This document shows positions 28,123 through 38,874 of a DNA stretch of 64,000 nucleotides, piece after piece. The first letter of the stretch is position 1. The number at the start of each line of letters is the position of its first letter. The position numbers and the translations under genes were made by a program. Origin of the DNA: Anaeramoeba ignava BMAN. Lineage: Eukaryota; Protista; Anaeramoebae. The stretch is from positions 558,001 to 622,000 of the forward strand of contig JAPDFW010000114.1 in the NCBI GenBank assembly GCA_028826165.1, written 5' to 3'. The notes under the pieces are model-generated. The model had not been told where the DNA came from, did no database searches, and saw nothing but the letters and a program-made list of their open reading frames with translations.

Positions 28123-29244
28123 ATGGAAAAAGAAATTAAAACAATAGTTATTGATAATGGTTCAGGAATGATTAAAGCAGGATTTGCAGGAGATGATGCA
28201 CCAAGAACAGTTTTTCCTTCAATAATTGGAAGACCAAGAAATTCAGGAGATAAAATTGAAAAAGAAGAAAAAGAATATTATATTGGAGAAGAAGTTCAAT
28301 CCAAAAGAGATATTTTAAGTTTAAATTATCCAATAGAACATGGAATAATAAAAGATTGGGATGATATGGAAAAGATTTGGAATTATACTTTTGAAAATGA
28401 ATTAAAAGTTAAATCTGAAGAACATCCAATTTTAATAACTGAAGTTCCATTAAATCCAAAACAAAATAGGGAAAAAATAACTCAAATTATGTTTGAAACA
28501 TATAATGTTCCTGCATTTTATATTGCAAATTCAGCAGCTTTATCACTCTATATAACGGAAAGAACAACAGGAATTGTTATTGAAATTGGAGATGGAGTTA
28601 CTTCTGTTGCTTCAATTTATGAAGGATATGTTTTACCTCATACAATGAAAAGAGTGGGTTTTGCAGGAAGAGATTTAACTGAATATTTAATGAAATTATT
28701 AAAAGAAAAAGGATATTCATTTCAAACAAATACAGAAAGAGAAGTTGTTAGAGATATTAAAGAAAAACTTGGATATATTGCTTTGGATTTTGATGAAGAA
28801 ATGAAAAAAGAATCAAATTTAATTGAAAAAGAATATAAATTACCTAATGGAGAAGTTATTAAAATTGGAAATGAAAGATTTAAATGCTCAGAACCTTTAT
28901 TTGGCATTTCTTTACTTGATTTTTTATATGAAGGAGTTCATGAAATGATTTATAATTCAATTATGAAATGCGATAAAGATATAAGAAATGATCTTTATGG
29001 AAATATTGTTTTATCAGGTGGTTCAACAATGTTTCCAGGAATTGTTGAAAGAATTAAAAAAGAAATTACTTCATTAGCTCCTCCAAATACTGAAATTAAA
29101 ATTATTGCACCTCCTGAAAGAATATATTCAGCTTGGATTGGAGGATCTCTTTTACCATATGAGAACTATTCCGGAAATATGTGGATTTCAAAAGAGGAAT
29201 ACAAAGAATCAGGAGTTTCAATAGTTCACAGAAAATGCTTTTGA
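28123..29244 (+). CDS. act: Divergent actin, paralog 2 (373 aa; charged D-loop; Q137S, H161S)
   Basis: [46 protein letters not shown]. Confidence 0.95.
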   Translation: MEKEIKTIVIDNGSGMIKAGFAGDDAPRTVFPSIIGRPRNSGDKIEKEEKEYYIGEEVQSKRDILSLNYPIEHGIIKDWDDMEKIWNYTFENELKVKSEEHPILITEVPLNPKQNREKITQIMFETYNVPAFYIANSAALSLYITERTTGIVIEIGDGVTSVASIYEGYVLPHTMKRVGFAGRDLTEYLMKLLKEKGYSFQTNTEREVVRDIKEKLGYIALDFDEEMKKESNLIEKEYKLPNGEVIKIGNERFKCSEPLFGISLLDFLYEGVHEMIYNSIMKCDKDIRNDLYGNIVLSGGSTMFPGIVERIKKEITSLAPPNTEIKIIAPPERIYSAWIGGSLLPYENYSGNMWISKEEYKESGVSIVHRKCF

Positions 29245-29277
29245 AAGAAGTTTGAAATGAATTTTTCATTTCAACTC

Positions 29278-30580
29278 AATTTCAATTCAAATTCAAATCA
29301 AATTCAAATCAAATTCAAATCAAATTCAAATCAAATTCAAATCAAATTCAAATCAAATTAAATTAAATTAAATTTAAATCAAACTAAATCAAATTAAATC
29401 AAATTAAATTAAATTAAATTAAATTAAATTAAATTAAATTAAATTAAATCAAATCAAATTAAATTAAATTAAATTCAAATTAAATTAAATTAAATTAAAA
29501 TCAAATCAAATCAAATTAAATTAAATTAAAATCAAATCAAATCAAATTTAAATTAAATTAAATTAAATTAAATTAAATCAAATTAAATCAAATCAAATCA
29601 AATTAAATTAAATCAAATTCAATTAAATCAAATCAAATTAAATCAAATTAAATCAAATTAAATCAAATTTAAATCAAATTCAAATTAAATTAAATTAAAT
29701 CAATTCAATTCAAATCAAATTTAAATTAAATTAAATTAAATTAAATTAAATCAAATTAAATCTAAATCAAATTAAATTAAATCAAATCAAATCAAATTAA
29801 ATCAAATCAAATCAAATTAAATTAAATTAATTCAAATCAAATCAAATTAAAATAAATTAAATCAAATCAAATTAAAATTAAATTAAATTAAATTAAATTA
29901 AATTAAATTAAATTAAATTAAATTAAATCAAATCAAATTTAAATCAAATTTAAATTAAATTAAATTAAATTAAATTGAATAAAATTAAATCAAATCAATT
30001 CAATTCAATTCAAATTCAAATCAAATCAAATTAAATTAAATTGAATAAAATTAAATTAAATCAAATTAAATTCAATTAAATCAAATCAAATCAAATCAAA
30101 TTCAAATTAAATCAATTCAATTCAATTCAAATTCAAATCAAATTCAAATCAAATCAAATTAAATTAAATCAAATTCAAATTGAATAAAATTAAATTAAAT
30201 TAAAATTAAATTAAATCAAATTTAAATTAAATTAAATCAATTCAATTCAATTCAAATTCAATTCAAATTCAAATCAAATCAAATTAAATTAAATTAAATT
30301 AAATCAAATTAAATCAAATTTAAATCAAATTAAATTAAATTTAAATCAAATTAAATTAAATTAAATTAAATTAAATTAAATTAAATCAAATCAAATTAAA
30401 TTAAATCAAATCAATTCAAATCAATTCAAATCAAATTCAAATTAAATTAAATCAAATTAAATCAAATTTAAATCAAATTCAAATTAAATCAAATCAAATT
30501 TAAATCAAATTCAAATTAAATTAAATCAAATCAAATTAAATTAAATTCAAATTAAATCAAATTAAATTGAATAAAATTAA
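29278..30580. repeat. About 1.3-kb (AAATT/AAATC)n pentamer repeat between actin paralogs 2 and 3
   Basis: Direct inspection. Confidence 0.92.
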
Positions 30581-30757
30581 ATAATTTTTTTATATTCCAC
30601 TTTTTTTTTTGATTATTTGATTTAAAAAAAAAAAGAAAAGGAGAAAAAAAATATTTAAAAAAAATTTAAATTCAAATTCCCCTTTTTTATTTATTTAAAA
30701 TTCTCAATTTTTTTTTTTTCATTTTTTCGTTTTTTTCTTTCAATCTTTTAATTAAAA

Positions 30758-31879
30758 ATGGAAAAAGAAATTAAAACAATAGTTATTGATAATGGTTCAA
30801 GACTGATTAAAGCAGGATTTGCAGGAGATGATGCACCAAGAACAGTTTTTCCTTCAATAATTGGAAGACCAAGAAATTCAGGAGATAAAATTGAAAAAGA
30901 AGAAAAAGAATTTTATATTGGAGAAGAAGCTCAATCAAAAAGAGATATTTTAAGTTTAAATTATCCAATAGAACATGGAATAGTAACAGATTGGGATGAT
31001 ATGGAAAAGATTTGGAATTATACTTTTGAAAATGAATTAAAAGTTAAACCTGAAGAACATCCAATTTTAATAACTGAAGTTCCATTAAATCCAAAACAAA
31101 ATAGGGAAAAAATAACTCAAATTATGTTTGAAACATATAATGTTCCAAAATTTTATATTGCAATATCACCATTTTTACCAATTTATACATCAGGAAAAGG
31201 TTCAGGAATTGTTATTGATATTGGAGATGGAGTTACTTCTGTTATTCCAATTTTTGAAAGATATGCTTTTCCTCATGCAATACAAAGAATGAATTTTGCA
31301 GGAAGAGATTTAACTGATTATTTAATGAAATTATTAAAAGAAAAAGGATATTCATTTGAAACAAATACAGAAAGAGAAGTTGTTAGAGAGATTAAAGAAA
31401 AACTTGGATATGTTGCTTTGGATTTTGATGAAGAAATGAAAAAAGAATCAACTTTAATTGAAAAAGAATATAAATTACCTGATGGAGAAGTTATTAAAAT
31501 TGGAAATGAAAGATTTATATGTTCAGAACTTTTATTTGACCTTTATTTACTTGATTTTTTATATTCAGGAGTTCACGAAATGATTTATAATTCAATTATG
31601 AAATGCGATAAAGATATAAGAAAAGATCTTTTTGGAAATATTGTTTTATCAGGTGGTTCAACAATGTTTCCAGGATTTGTTGAAAGAATTGAAAAAGAAA
31701 TTACTCAATTAGCTCCTCCAAATACTGAAATTGAAATTTTTGCACTTCCTGAAAGAAAATATTCAACTTGGATTGGTGGATCAATTTTAGCTTCTGTTTC
31801 AATTTCCAAAGATCAATGGATTTTAAAAGAAGAATATGAAAAATCAGGACCTACAATAGTTCACAGAAAATGTTTTTGA
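30758..31879 (+). CDS. act: Divergent actin, paralog 3 (373 aa; G15R, charged D-loop, Q137S, H161S)
   Basis: [46 protein letters not shown]. Confidence 0.95.
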   Translation: MEKEIKTIVIDNGSRLIKAGFAGDDAPRTVFPSIIGRPRNSGDKIEKEEKEFYIGEEAQSKRDILSLNYPIEHGIVTDWDDMEKIWNYTFENELKVKPEEHPILITEVPLNPKQNREKITQIMFETYNVPKFYIAISPFLPIYTSGKGSGIVIDIGDGVTSVIPIFERYAFPHAIQRMNFAGRDLTDYLMKLLKEKGYSFETNTEREVVREIKEKLGYVALDFDEEMKKESTLIEKEYKLPDGEVIKIGNERFICSELLFDLYLLDFLYSGVHEMIYNSIMKCDKDIRKDLFGNIVLSGGSTMFPGFVERIEKEITQLAPPNTEIEIFALPERKYSTWIGGSILASVSISKDQWILKEEYEKSGPTIVHRKCF

Positions 31880-32096
31880 AAGAAGTTTGAAAGGAATTTT
31901 TCAATTTAACTCAAATTCAATTCAATTCATTTAAATTCAATTCAATTCAATTCATTCTAATTAACTTTAAAATCAAATCAAATCAAATCAAGCAATCTTT
32001 TTATTCCAATTTTATTTGATTTTGATTTAAAAAAAAAGAGAAAGATTAATAAAACAAATCCAAATTCATTTTTTTCTTTCAATTTTTTAATTAAAA

Positions 32097-33216
32097 ATGG
32101 AAAAAGAAATTAAAACAATAGTTATTGATAATGGTTCAAGACTGATTAAAGCAGGATTTGGAGGAGAAGATAAACCAAAAACAATTTTTCCTTCAATAAT
32201 TGGAAGACTAAGAAATTCAGGAGATAAAATTGAAAAAGAAGAAAAAGAATATTATATTGGAGAAGAAGTTCAATCCAAAAGTGGAATTTTAAATTTAAAT
32301 TACCCAATAGAACATGGAATAATAAAAGATTGGGATGATATGGAAAAGATTTGGAATTATACTTTTGAAAATGAATTAAGAGTTAAATCTGAAGAATATC
32401 CAATTTTAATAAGTGAAGTTCCATTAAATCCAAAACCAAATAAAGAAAAAATGGCACAAATTATGTTTGAAACATAATATTCCAAAATTTCATATTTCAA
32501 TATCAACAGTTTTACCAATTTATTCATCAGGAAAAGGTTCAGGATTTGTTATTGAAATTGGTGATGGAGTTACTTCTGTTGTTTCAATTTATGAAGGATA
32601 TGCTTTTCCTGATACAATAAAAAGAGTGGATTTTGCAGGAAGAGATTTAACTGAATATTTAATGAAATTATTAAATGAAAAAGGGAATTCATTTGAAACA
32701 AATATAGAAAGAGAAATTGTTAGAGATATTAAAGAAAAACTTGGATATGTTGCTTTAGATTTTGATGAAGAAATGGAAAAACATCAAAAATTAATTGAAA
32801 CAAAATATGAATTACCTGATGGTTAAATTATTCCAATTGGAAATGAAAGATTTAGATGTACAGAATCTTTATTCCAACCTTCTTTACTTGGATTAGAATA
32901 TTCAGGAGTTCATGAAATGATTTATAATTCAATTATGAAATGTGATGAAGATATAAGAAAAGAACTTTATGGAAATATTATTTTATCAGGTGGTTCAACA
33001 ATGTTTCCAGGATTTGTTGAAAGAATTGAAAAAGAAGTTACTCAATTAGCTCCTCCAAATACAAAAATTAACACCATTGCAGATTCTTTCCGACTAGATG
33101 CAGTTTGGATTGGTGGATCAATTTTAGCTTCCATTTCCACTTTCCAAAATAAATGGATTACAAAAGAAGAATATAAAGAATCAGGAGTTTCAATAGTTCA
33201 CAGAAAATGTTTTTAA
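32097..33216 (+). pseudogene. Actin pseudogene, paralog 4
   Basis: Split over three ORFs. A 2-nt deletion at about 32474 (ACA TAA T vs ACA TAT/TTT AAT in paralogs) and an in-frame TAA at 32824-32826 where paralogs have CAA (PDGQIIPIG). Confidence 0.85.
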
Positions 33217-33360
33217 AAAAAATTAATTTGGAACTTTTTCATTTTTTAATTCCACTTTTTTATATTTTTTTTAATTTAAAAAAAAAAAGAAATTTAAATT
33301 AAGAATTTTTTTTCATTTTCATTTTTTTTTATTTTCATTTTTTTATTTTTATTTTTTTAA

Positions 33361-34524
33361 ATGGAAAAAGAAAAAGAAAAAGAAAAAGAAAATTCAAATG
33401 AAATTGAAAAAGAAATTAAAACAATAGTTATTGATAATGGTTCAGGAATGATTAAAGCAGGATTTGCAGGAAAAGATAAACCAAAAACATTTTTTTCTTC
33501 AATAATTGGAAGACCAAGAAATTCAGGAGATAAAATTGAAAAAGAAGAAAAAGAATATTATATTGGAGAAGAAGCTCAATCCAAAAGAGATATTTTAAGT
33601 TTAAATTATCCAATAGAACGTGGAATAATAAAAGATTGGAATGATATGGAAAAGATTTGGAATTATACTTTTGAAAATGAATTAGAAGTTAAACCTGAAG
33701 AATGTCCAATTTTTATAAGTGAAGCTCCATTAAATCCAAAATCAAATAAAGAGAAAATGGCACAAATTATGTTTGAAACATTTAATGTACCAGCATTTTA
33801 TGTTGAAAATTCAGCAGTTTTATCAATTTATGCATCAGGAAAATATACAGGAGTTGTTGTTGATATTGGAGATGGAGTTACTTCTGTTGTTCCAATTTAT
33901 GAAGGATATGTTTTTCTTCCTGCAATACAAAGAATGGATTTTGCAGGAAGAGATTTAACTGAATATTTAATGAGGATATTAAAAGAAAAAGGGAATTCAT
34001 TTAAAACAAACAATGAAAGAGAAATTGTTAGAGAAATTAAAGAAGAATTTGGATATGTTGCGATGGATTTTAATGAAGAAATGAATACAAAATCAAATTT
34101 AATTGAAAAAGATTATGAATTACCTGATGGTGAATTAATTAAAATTGGAAATGAAAGATTTATATGTTCAGAAATTTTATTCCAACCTTCTTTACTGGAA
34201 ATCGGGCATGAACCTATTCATAAAATGATTTATAATTCAATTCTGGCATCTGACATTTTTTGCAGAAAAGATTTTTTTGGAAATATTATTTTATCAGGTG
34301 GTTCAACAATGTTTCCAGGAATTGCTGAAAGAATTGAAAAAGAAGTTACTCAATTAGCTCCTCCAAATACAAAAATTAACACCATTGCAGATTCTTTCCG
34401 ATTAGATGCAGTTTGGATTGGTGGATCAATTTTAGCTTCCATTTCCACTTTCCAAAATAAATGGATTACAAAAGAAGAATATGAAGAATCAGGAGTTTCA
34501 ATAGTTCACAGAAAATGCTTTTAA
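33361..34524 (+). CDS. act: Divergent actin, paralog 5 (387 aa; EK-rich N-extension, charged D-loop, H73R, Q137S, H161S)
   Basis: [38 protein letters not shown]. Confidence 0.95.
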   Translation: MEKEKEKEKENSNEIEKEIKTIVIDNGSGMIKAGFAGKDKPKTFFSSIIGRPRNSGDKIEKEEKEYYIGEEAQSKRDILSLNYPIERGIIKDWNDMEKIWNYTFENELEVKPEECPIFISEAPLNPKSNKEKMAQIMFETFNVPAFYVENSAVLSIYASGKYTGVVVDIGDGVTSVVPIYEGYVFLPAIQRMDFAGRDLTEYLMRILKEKGNSFKTNNEREIVREIKEEFGYVAMDFNEEMNTKSNLIEKDYELPDGELIKIGNERFICSEILFQPSLLEIGHEPIHKMIYNSILASDIFCRKDFFGNIILSGGSTMFPGIAERIEKEVTQLAPPNTKINTIADSFRLDAVWIGGSILASISTFQNKWITKEEYEESGVSIVHRKCF

Positions 34525-34676
34525 AAAAAATTAATTTGGAACTTTTTCATTTTTTAATTCCACTTTTTTATATTTTTTTTAATTTAAAAAAAAAGAAAGA
34601 AATTTAAATTAAGAATTTTTTTTCATTTTCATTTTTTTTTATTTTCATTTTTTTATTTTTATTTTTTAATTTGAAA

Positions 34677-35900
34677 ATGGGAATAAATCATTCTAAACAA
34701 AAAGAAAATCAAAAACAAATAAATTTATTTAATGAAGAATCTTTGGAATTCATTGAAAAAGGAAATGAAATGGAAAATCAAATTAAAGCAATAGTTATTG
34801 ATAATGGTTCAGGAATGATTAAAGCAGCATTTTCAGGAAGTAATGCACCAAGAGCATATTTCCCTTCAATAATTGGAAGACCAAAATTTTCAAAATTTAT
34901 GATTGGAGCAGGAATAAGAGAATATTATATTGGAGATGAAGCTCAATCCAAAAGTGGAATTTTAAGTTTAAATTATCCAATAGAACATGGAATAGTAACG
35001 AATTGGGATGATATGGAAAAGATTTGGAATTATACTTTTTATGATGAATTAAGAGTTGCTCCTGAAGAATACCCAATTTTAATAAGTGAAGCTCCACTAA
35101 ATCCAAAATCAAATAGAGAAAAAATAACTCAAATTATGTTTGAAACATTTAATATTCCAAAATTTTATATTTCAGTATCAGCAGTTTTATCACTTTATAA
35201 TTCAGGAAGAACAACAGGAGTTGTTGTTGATATTGGAGATGGAGTTACTTCTGTTGTTCCAATTTATGAAGGATATGCTTTACCTCATGCAATACAAAGA
35301 CTTGATGTTGGAGGAAGAGATTTAACTAAATATTTAATTCATGAAAGAATACTAGAAAATTTACTTATAAAAGGAGTTTCACAATCTTCTCAAATGAGAA
35401 TTTATACAGATATTAAAGAAAAACTTGGATATGTTGCTTTGGATTTTGATGAAGAAATGGAAAAACATCAAAAATTGATTGAAACAGAATATGAATTACC
35501 TGATGGTCAAATTATTCCAATTGGAAATGAAAGATTTAGATGTACAGAATCTTTATTCCAACCATCTTTGCTTGGATTAGAATATTCAGGAGTTCATGAA
35601 ATGATTTATAATTCAATTATGAAATGTGATGAAGATATAAGAAAAGATCTTTATGGAAATATTATTTTATCAGGTGGTTCAACATTTTTTCCAGGAATTG
35701 CTGAAAGAATTGAAAAAGAAGTTACTCAATTAGCTCCTATTCATTTTAAAACAAAAATTATTTCACCTCTTGGAAGAAAAACTGCAGTTTGGATTGGAGG
35801 ATCTATTTTGACTTCTCTTTCTACTTCTCAAAAAATGTGGATTACAAAAGAAGAATATAAAGAATCAGGACCTTCAATAGTTCACAGAAAATGCTTTTAA
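34677..35900 (+). CDS. act: Divergent actin, paralog 6 (407 aa) with MGINHSK N-terminal extension (putative N-myristoylation)
   Basis: ATG at 34677 in aaaATG context (the ORF track starts at an upstream TTG); actin motifs through to VHRKCF. Confidence 0.93.
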   Translation: MGINHSKQKENQKQINLFNEESLEFIEKGNEMENQIKAIVIDNGSGMIKAAFSGSNAPRAYFPSIIGRPKFSKFMIGAGIREYYIGDEAQSKSGILSLNYPIEHGIVTNWDDMEKIWNYTFYDELRVAPEEYPILISEAPLNPKSNREKITQIMFETFNIPKFYISVSAVLSLYNSGRTTGVVVDIGDGVTSVVPIYEGYALPHAIQRLDVGGRDLTKYLIHERILENLLIKGVSQSSQMRIYTDIKEKLGYVALDFDEEMEKHQKLIETEYELPDGQIIPIGNERFRCTESLFQPSLLGLEYSGVHEMIYNSIMKCDEDIRKDLYGNIILSGGSTFFPGIAERIEKEVTQLAPIHFKTKIISPLGRKTAVWIGGSILTSLSTSQKMWITKEEYKESGPSIVHRKCF

Positions 35901-36050
35901 AAAAAATTAATTTGGAACTTTTTCATTTTTTAATTCCACTTTTTTATATTTTTTTTAATTTAAAAAAAGAAAGAAATTTAAATTAAGAATTTTTTTTCAT
36001 TTTCATTTTTTTTTATTTTCATTTTTTTATTTTTATTTTTTAATTTGAAA

Positions 36051-37274
36051 ATGGGAATAAATCATTCTAAACAAAAAGAAAATCAAAAACAAATAAATTT
36101 ATTTAATGAAGAATCTTTGGAATTCATTGAAAAAGGAAATGGAATGGAAAATCAAATGGAAGCAATAGTTATTGATAATGGTTCAGGAATGATTAAAGCA
36201 GCATTTTCAGGAAGTAATGCACCAAGAGCATATTTCCCTTCAATAATTGGAAGACCAAAATTTTCAAAATTTATGATTGGAGCAGGAATAAGAGAATATT
36301 ATATTGGAGATGAAGCTCAATCCAAAAGTGGAATATTAAATTTAGAATATCCAATAGAACATGGAATAATAGCAAATTGGGATGATATGGAAAAGATTTG
36401 GCATCATATTTTTTATAATGAATTAAGAGTTGCTCCTGAAGAACATCCAATTTTAATAAGTGAAGCTCCACTAAATCCAAAATCAAATAGGGAAAAAATA
36501 ACTCAAATTATGTTTGAAACATTTAATATTCCAGCATTTTATATTTCAGTATCACCAGTTTTATCACTTTATTCATCAGGAAGAACAACAGGAGTTGTTG
36601 TTGATATTGGAGATGGAGTTACTTCTGTTGCTCCAATTTATGAAGGATATGCTTTACCTCATGCAATACAAAGACTTGATGTTGGAGGAAGAGATTTAAC
36701 TAAATATTTAATTCATGAAAGAATACTAGAAAATTTACTTATAAAAGGAATTTCACAATCTGCTAAAATGAGAATTTATACAGATATTAAAGAAAAACTT
36801 GGATATGTTGCTTTGGATTTTGATGAAGAAATGGAAAAACATCAAAAATTAATTGAAACAAAATATGAATTACCTGATGGTCAAATTATTCCAATTGGAA
36901 ATGAAAGATTTAGATGCACAGAACTTTTATTCCAACCATCTTTATTTGGATTAGAATATTCAGGAGTTCATGAAATGATTTATAATTCAATTATGAAATG
37001 TGATGAAGATATAAGAAAAGATCTTTATGGAAATATTGTTTTATCAGGTGGTTCAACATTTTTTCCAGGAATTGCTGAAAGAATTGAAAAAGAAGTTACT
37101 CAATTAGCTCCTATTCATTTTAAAACAAAAATTATTTCACCTCCTGAAAGAAAATATGCAGTTTGGATTGGAGGATCTATTTTGGCTTCTCTTCCTACTT
37201 TCCAAAAAATATGGATTACAAAAGAAGAATATAAAGAATCAGGACCTTCAATAGTTCACAGAAAATGTTTTTGA
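36051..37274 (+). CDS. act: Divergent actin, paralog 7 (407 aa) with MGINHSK N-terminal extension; tandem duplicate of paralog 6
   Basis: Near-identical to paralog 6, including the upstream spacer; repeat period 1374 bp. Confidence 0.93.
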   Translation: MGINHSKQKENQKQINLFNEESLEFIEKGNGMENQMEAIVIDNGSGMIKAAFSGSNAPRAYFPSIIGRPKFSKFMIGAGIREYYIGDEAQSKSGILNLEYPIEHGIIANWDDMEKIWHHIFYNELRVAPEEHPILISEAPLNPKSNREKITQIMFETFNIPAFYISVSPVLSLYSSGRTTGVVVDIGDGVTSVAPIYEGYALPHAIQRLDVGGRDLTKYLIHERILENLLIKGISQSAKMRIYTDIKEKLGYVALDFDEEMEKHQKLIETKYELPDGQIIPIGNERFRCTELLFQPSLFGLEYSGVHEMIYNSIMKCDEDIRKDLYGNIVLSGGSTFFPGIAERIEKEVTQLAPIHFKTKIISPPERKYAVWIGGSILASLPTFQKIWITKEEYKESGPSIVHRKCF

Positions 37275-37472
37275 AAAAATTAATTTGGAACTTTTTCATT
37301 TTTTAATTCCACTTTTTTATATTTTTTTTAATTTAAAAAAAAATGAAAGAAAAATTCAATTTTTATTTTTAGTAAATCAAAAAAGAAGATTAAAAAGTGG
37401 ACTAAGAATTAAATTTGGGTGAATCTTTAGGAGAAGATTAGAGAAAAAAGAACAAAATATAATATATTGTTT

Positions 37473-38585
37473 TTATTTATCAAAATCAATATCTTCCCAT
37501 CCTAAATCATCAATTTCATTGGCTTTCTCTATTTCAGGACTAGCTTCTTGTTGATATTTTTTTAAGCGATTCTTGAAATAAAGGGCAACATGGACAAGAC
37601 CCAACATAACTGGAACTTCGACAAGAGGACCAATTGTAGCTGATAATGATTCATTACTATCCAATCCAAATACTGAAATTGTTGTTGCAATGGCAAGTTC
37701 AAAATTATTACTTGCAGCAGTGAAACTGAGAGTAGTTGATTCCTGGTAACCGAAACCCAAGCGATAAGCAATTAAAAAGGAAATGAAAAACATGAGAAAA
37801 AAATAACATAGTAATGGGATGGCGATCCGTAAAATATCTAAAGGAATTTTGAGAACTTTGTCACCTTTGAGGCTGAACATGACAAAAATTGTGAATAACA
37901 AGAAAATAAATGTTAAAGGTGATATTTTGGGGATCACATGCTTCTTGTACCATTCTTCTCCTTTTGTTTTCACAAATGCTAAATTAGTGACTATCCCCAT
38001 CAAAAAAGGAATTCCGAGATAGATGAGAACACTTATTGCAATATCCTTCATTTTCACTTTCGAACTCACAGCACCCATTTTCATTAATTTTAGCATAGGA
38101 GAAGTAAAGAACCAAGCATAAACAGAATAGAACAAAATTTGGAAAATGCTATTAAAAGCAACTAACGCTGCTGCAATTTCCCGATCTCCAAGAGCAAGAT
38201 CATTCCACACAATCACCATTGCAATGCATCTTGCTAATCCAACAAATATCAAACCTGTCATATAATCTTTGTGATCAGGAAGCATGCCTACTACTAAAAA
38301 AAACATTAAAAATGGACCAATGAACCAATTTTGAACCAAAGAGAACACAAAGAGTCTTCTGATTTTCCATAATTTTTGATGGATTTTTTCATATTTCACT
38401 TTCGCAAGCGGTGGATACATCATCAAAATCAATCCGATGGCAATAGGAACATTAGTTGACCCAATTGTCAATGAGTCCCAGAATTTTGGTATTGCAGAAA
38501 CAAATCTTCCTAACAGAAGGCCTACTACAATTGTTAAAAATATCCACAACGTTAGAAATCTATCTATGAAAGACAAACCTCCCAT
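37473..38585 (-). CDS. acr3: Acr3-family arsenite/antimonite efflux transporter (intronless)
   Basis: LSFIDRFLTLWIF, PIAIGLILMMYPPLAKVKY, QNWFIGP.LMF, GLARCIAMVIVWN (conserved Cys), AFNSIFQ, FTAASNNFELAIA, GPLVEVPVM. Confidence 0.95.
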   Translation of the reverse strand: MGGLSFIDRFLTLWIFLTIVVGLLLGRFVSAIPKFWDSLTIGSTNVPIAIGLILMMYPPLAKVKYEKIHQKLWKIRRLFVFSLVQNWFIGPFLMFFLVVGMLPDHKDYMTGLIFVGLARCIAMVIVWNDLALGDREIAAALVAFNSIFQILFYSVYAWFFTSPMLKLMKMGAVSSKVKMKDIAISVLIYLGIPFLMGIVTNLAFVKTKGEEWYKKHVIPKISPLTFIFLLFTIFVMFSLKGDKVLKIPLDILRIAIPLLCYFFLMFFISFLIAYRLGFGYQESTTLSFTAASNNFELAIATTISVFGLDSNESLSATIGPLVEVPVMLGLVHVALYFKNRLKKYQQEASPEIEKANEIDDLGWEDIDFDK

Positions 38586-38874
38586 TTACTTTCAGAAATT
38601 GAAGTTTGAAAGAAAATGTAAAAGAAAAATCAACTAAAATGAAAATAAAAATGAAAATTCAAAATAAAAAAGCATTTTTCTTTTAAATTTGATCAAATTA
38701 CCATTTAATCCCCCTAATATTTTTTTACAAACTCTCAATAATTCCAATTCAAAAAATTTCTGTTTCTCTCTATCTTTTCTTTCTCAAATCGTAACTATTT
38801 TATTATCAACCAAATGATCCCCCAAAAAAATAAAAAAAAATAAAATAATAAAATAAAATAAAATAAAATAAAAA

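Larger units (their letters stand above)
33217..37342 (+). repeat. Conserved spacer of about 145 bp repeated after actin paralogs 4, 5, 6 and (truncated) 7
   Basis: AAAAATTAATTTGGAACTTTTTCATTTTTTAATTCCACTTTTTTATA... at about 33217, 34525, 35901 and 37275. Confidence 0.9.

Noticed and set aside
32824-32826. In-frame TAA at a Gln position, suggesting TAA=Gln recoding
   Set aside because: TAA is the true terminator of many genes here (ATG18, actins 5 and 6, RPLP0, USP14), and the same copy also has a frameshift, so it is a pseudogene lesion.
34671-36050. ORF-track starts at 34671 and 36045 (MKMG...)
   Set aside because: These are TTG codons; the eukaryotic start is the ATG 6 nt downstream, which exposes Gly2.
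37340-38870. Transposon-mediated insertion of acr3
   Set aside because: No terminal inverted repeats, target-site duplication or transposase could be identified by eye.
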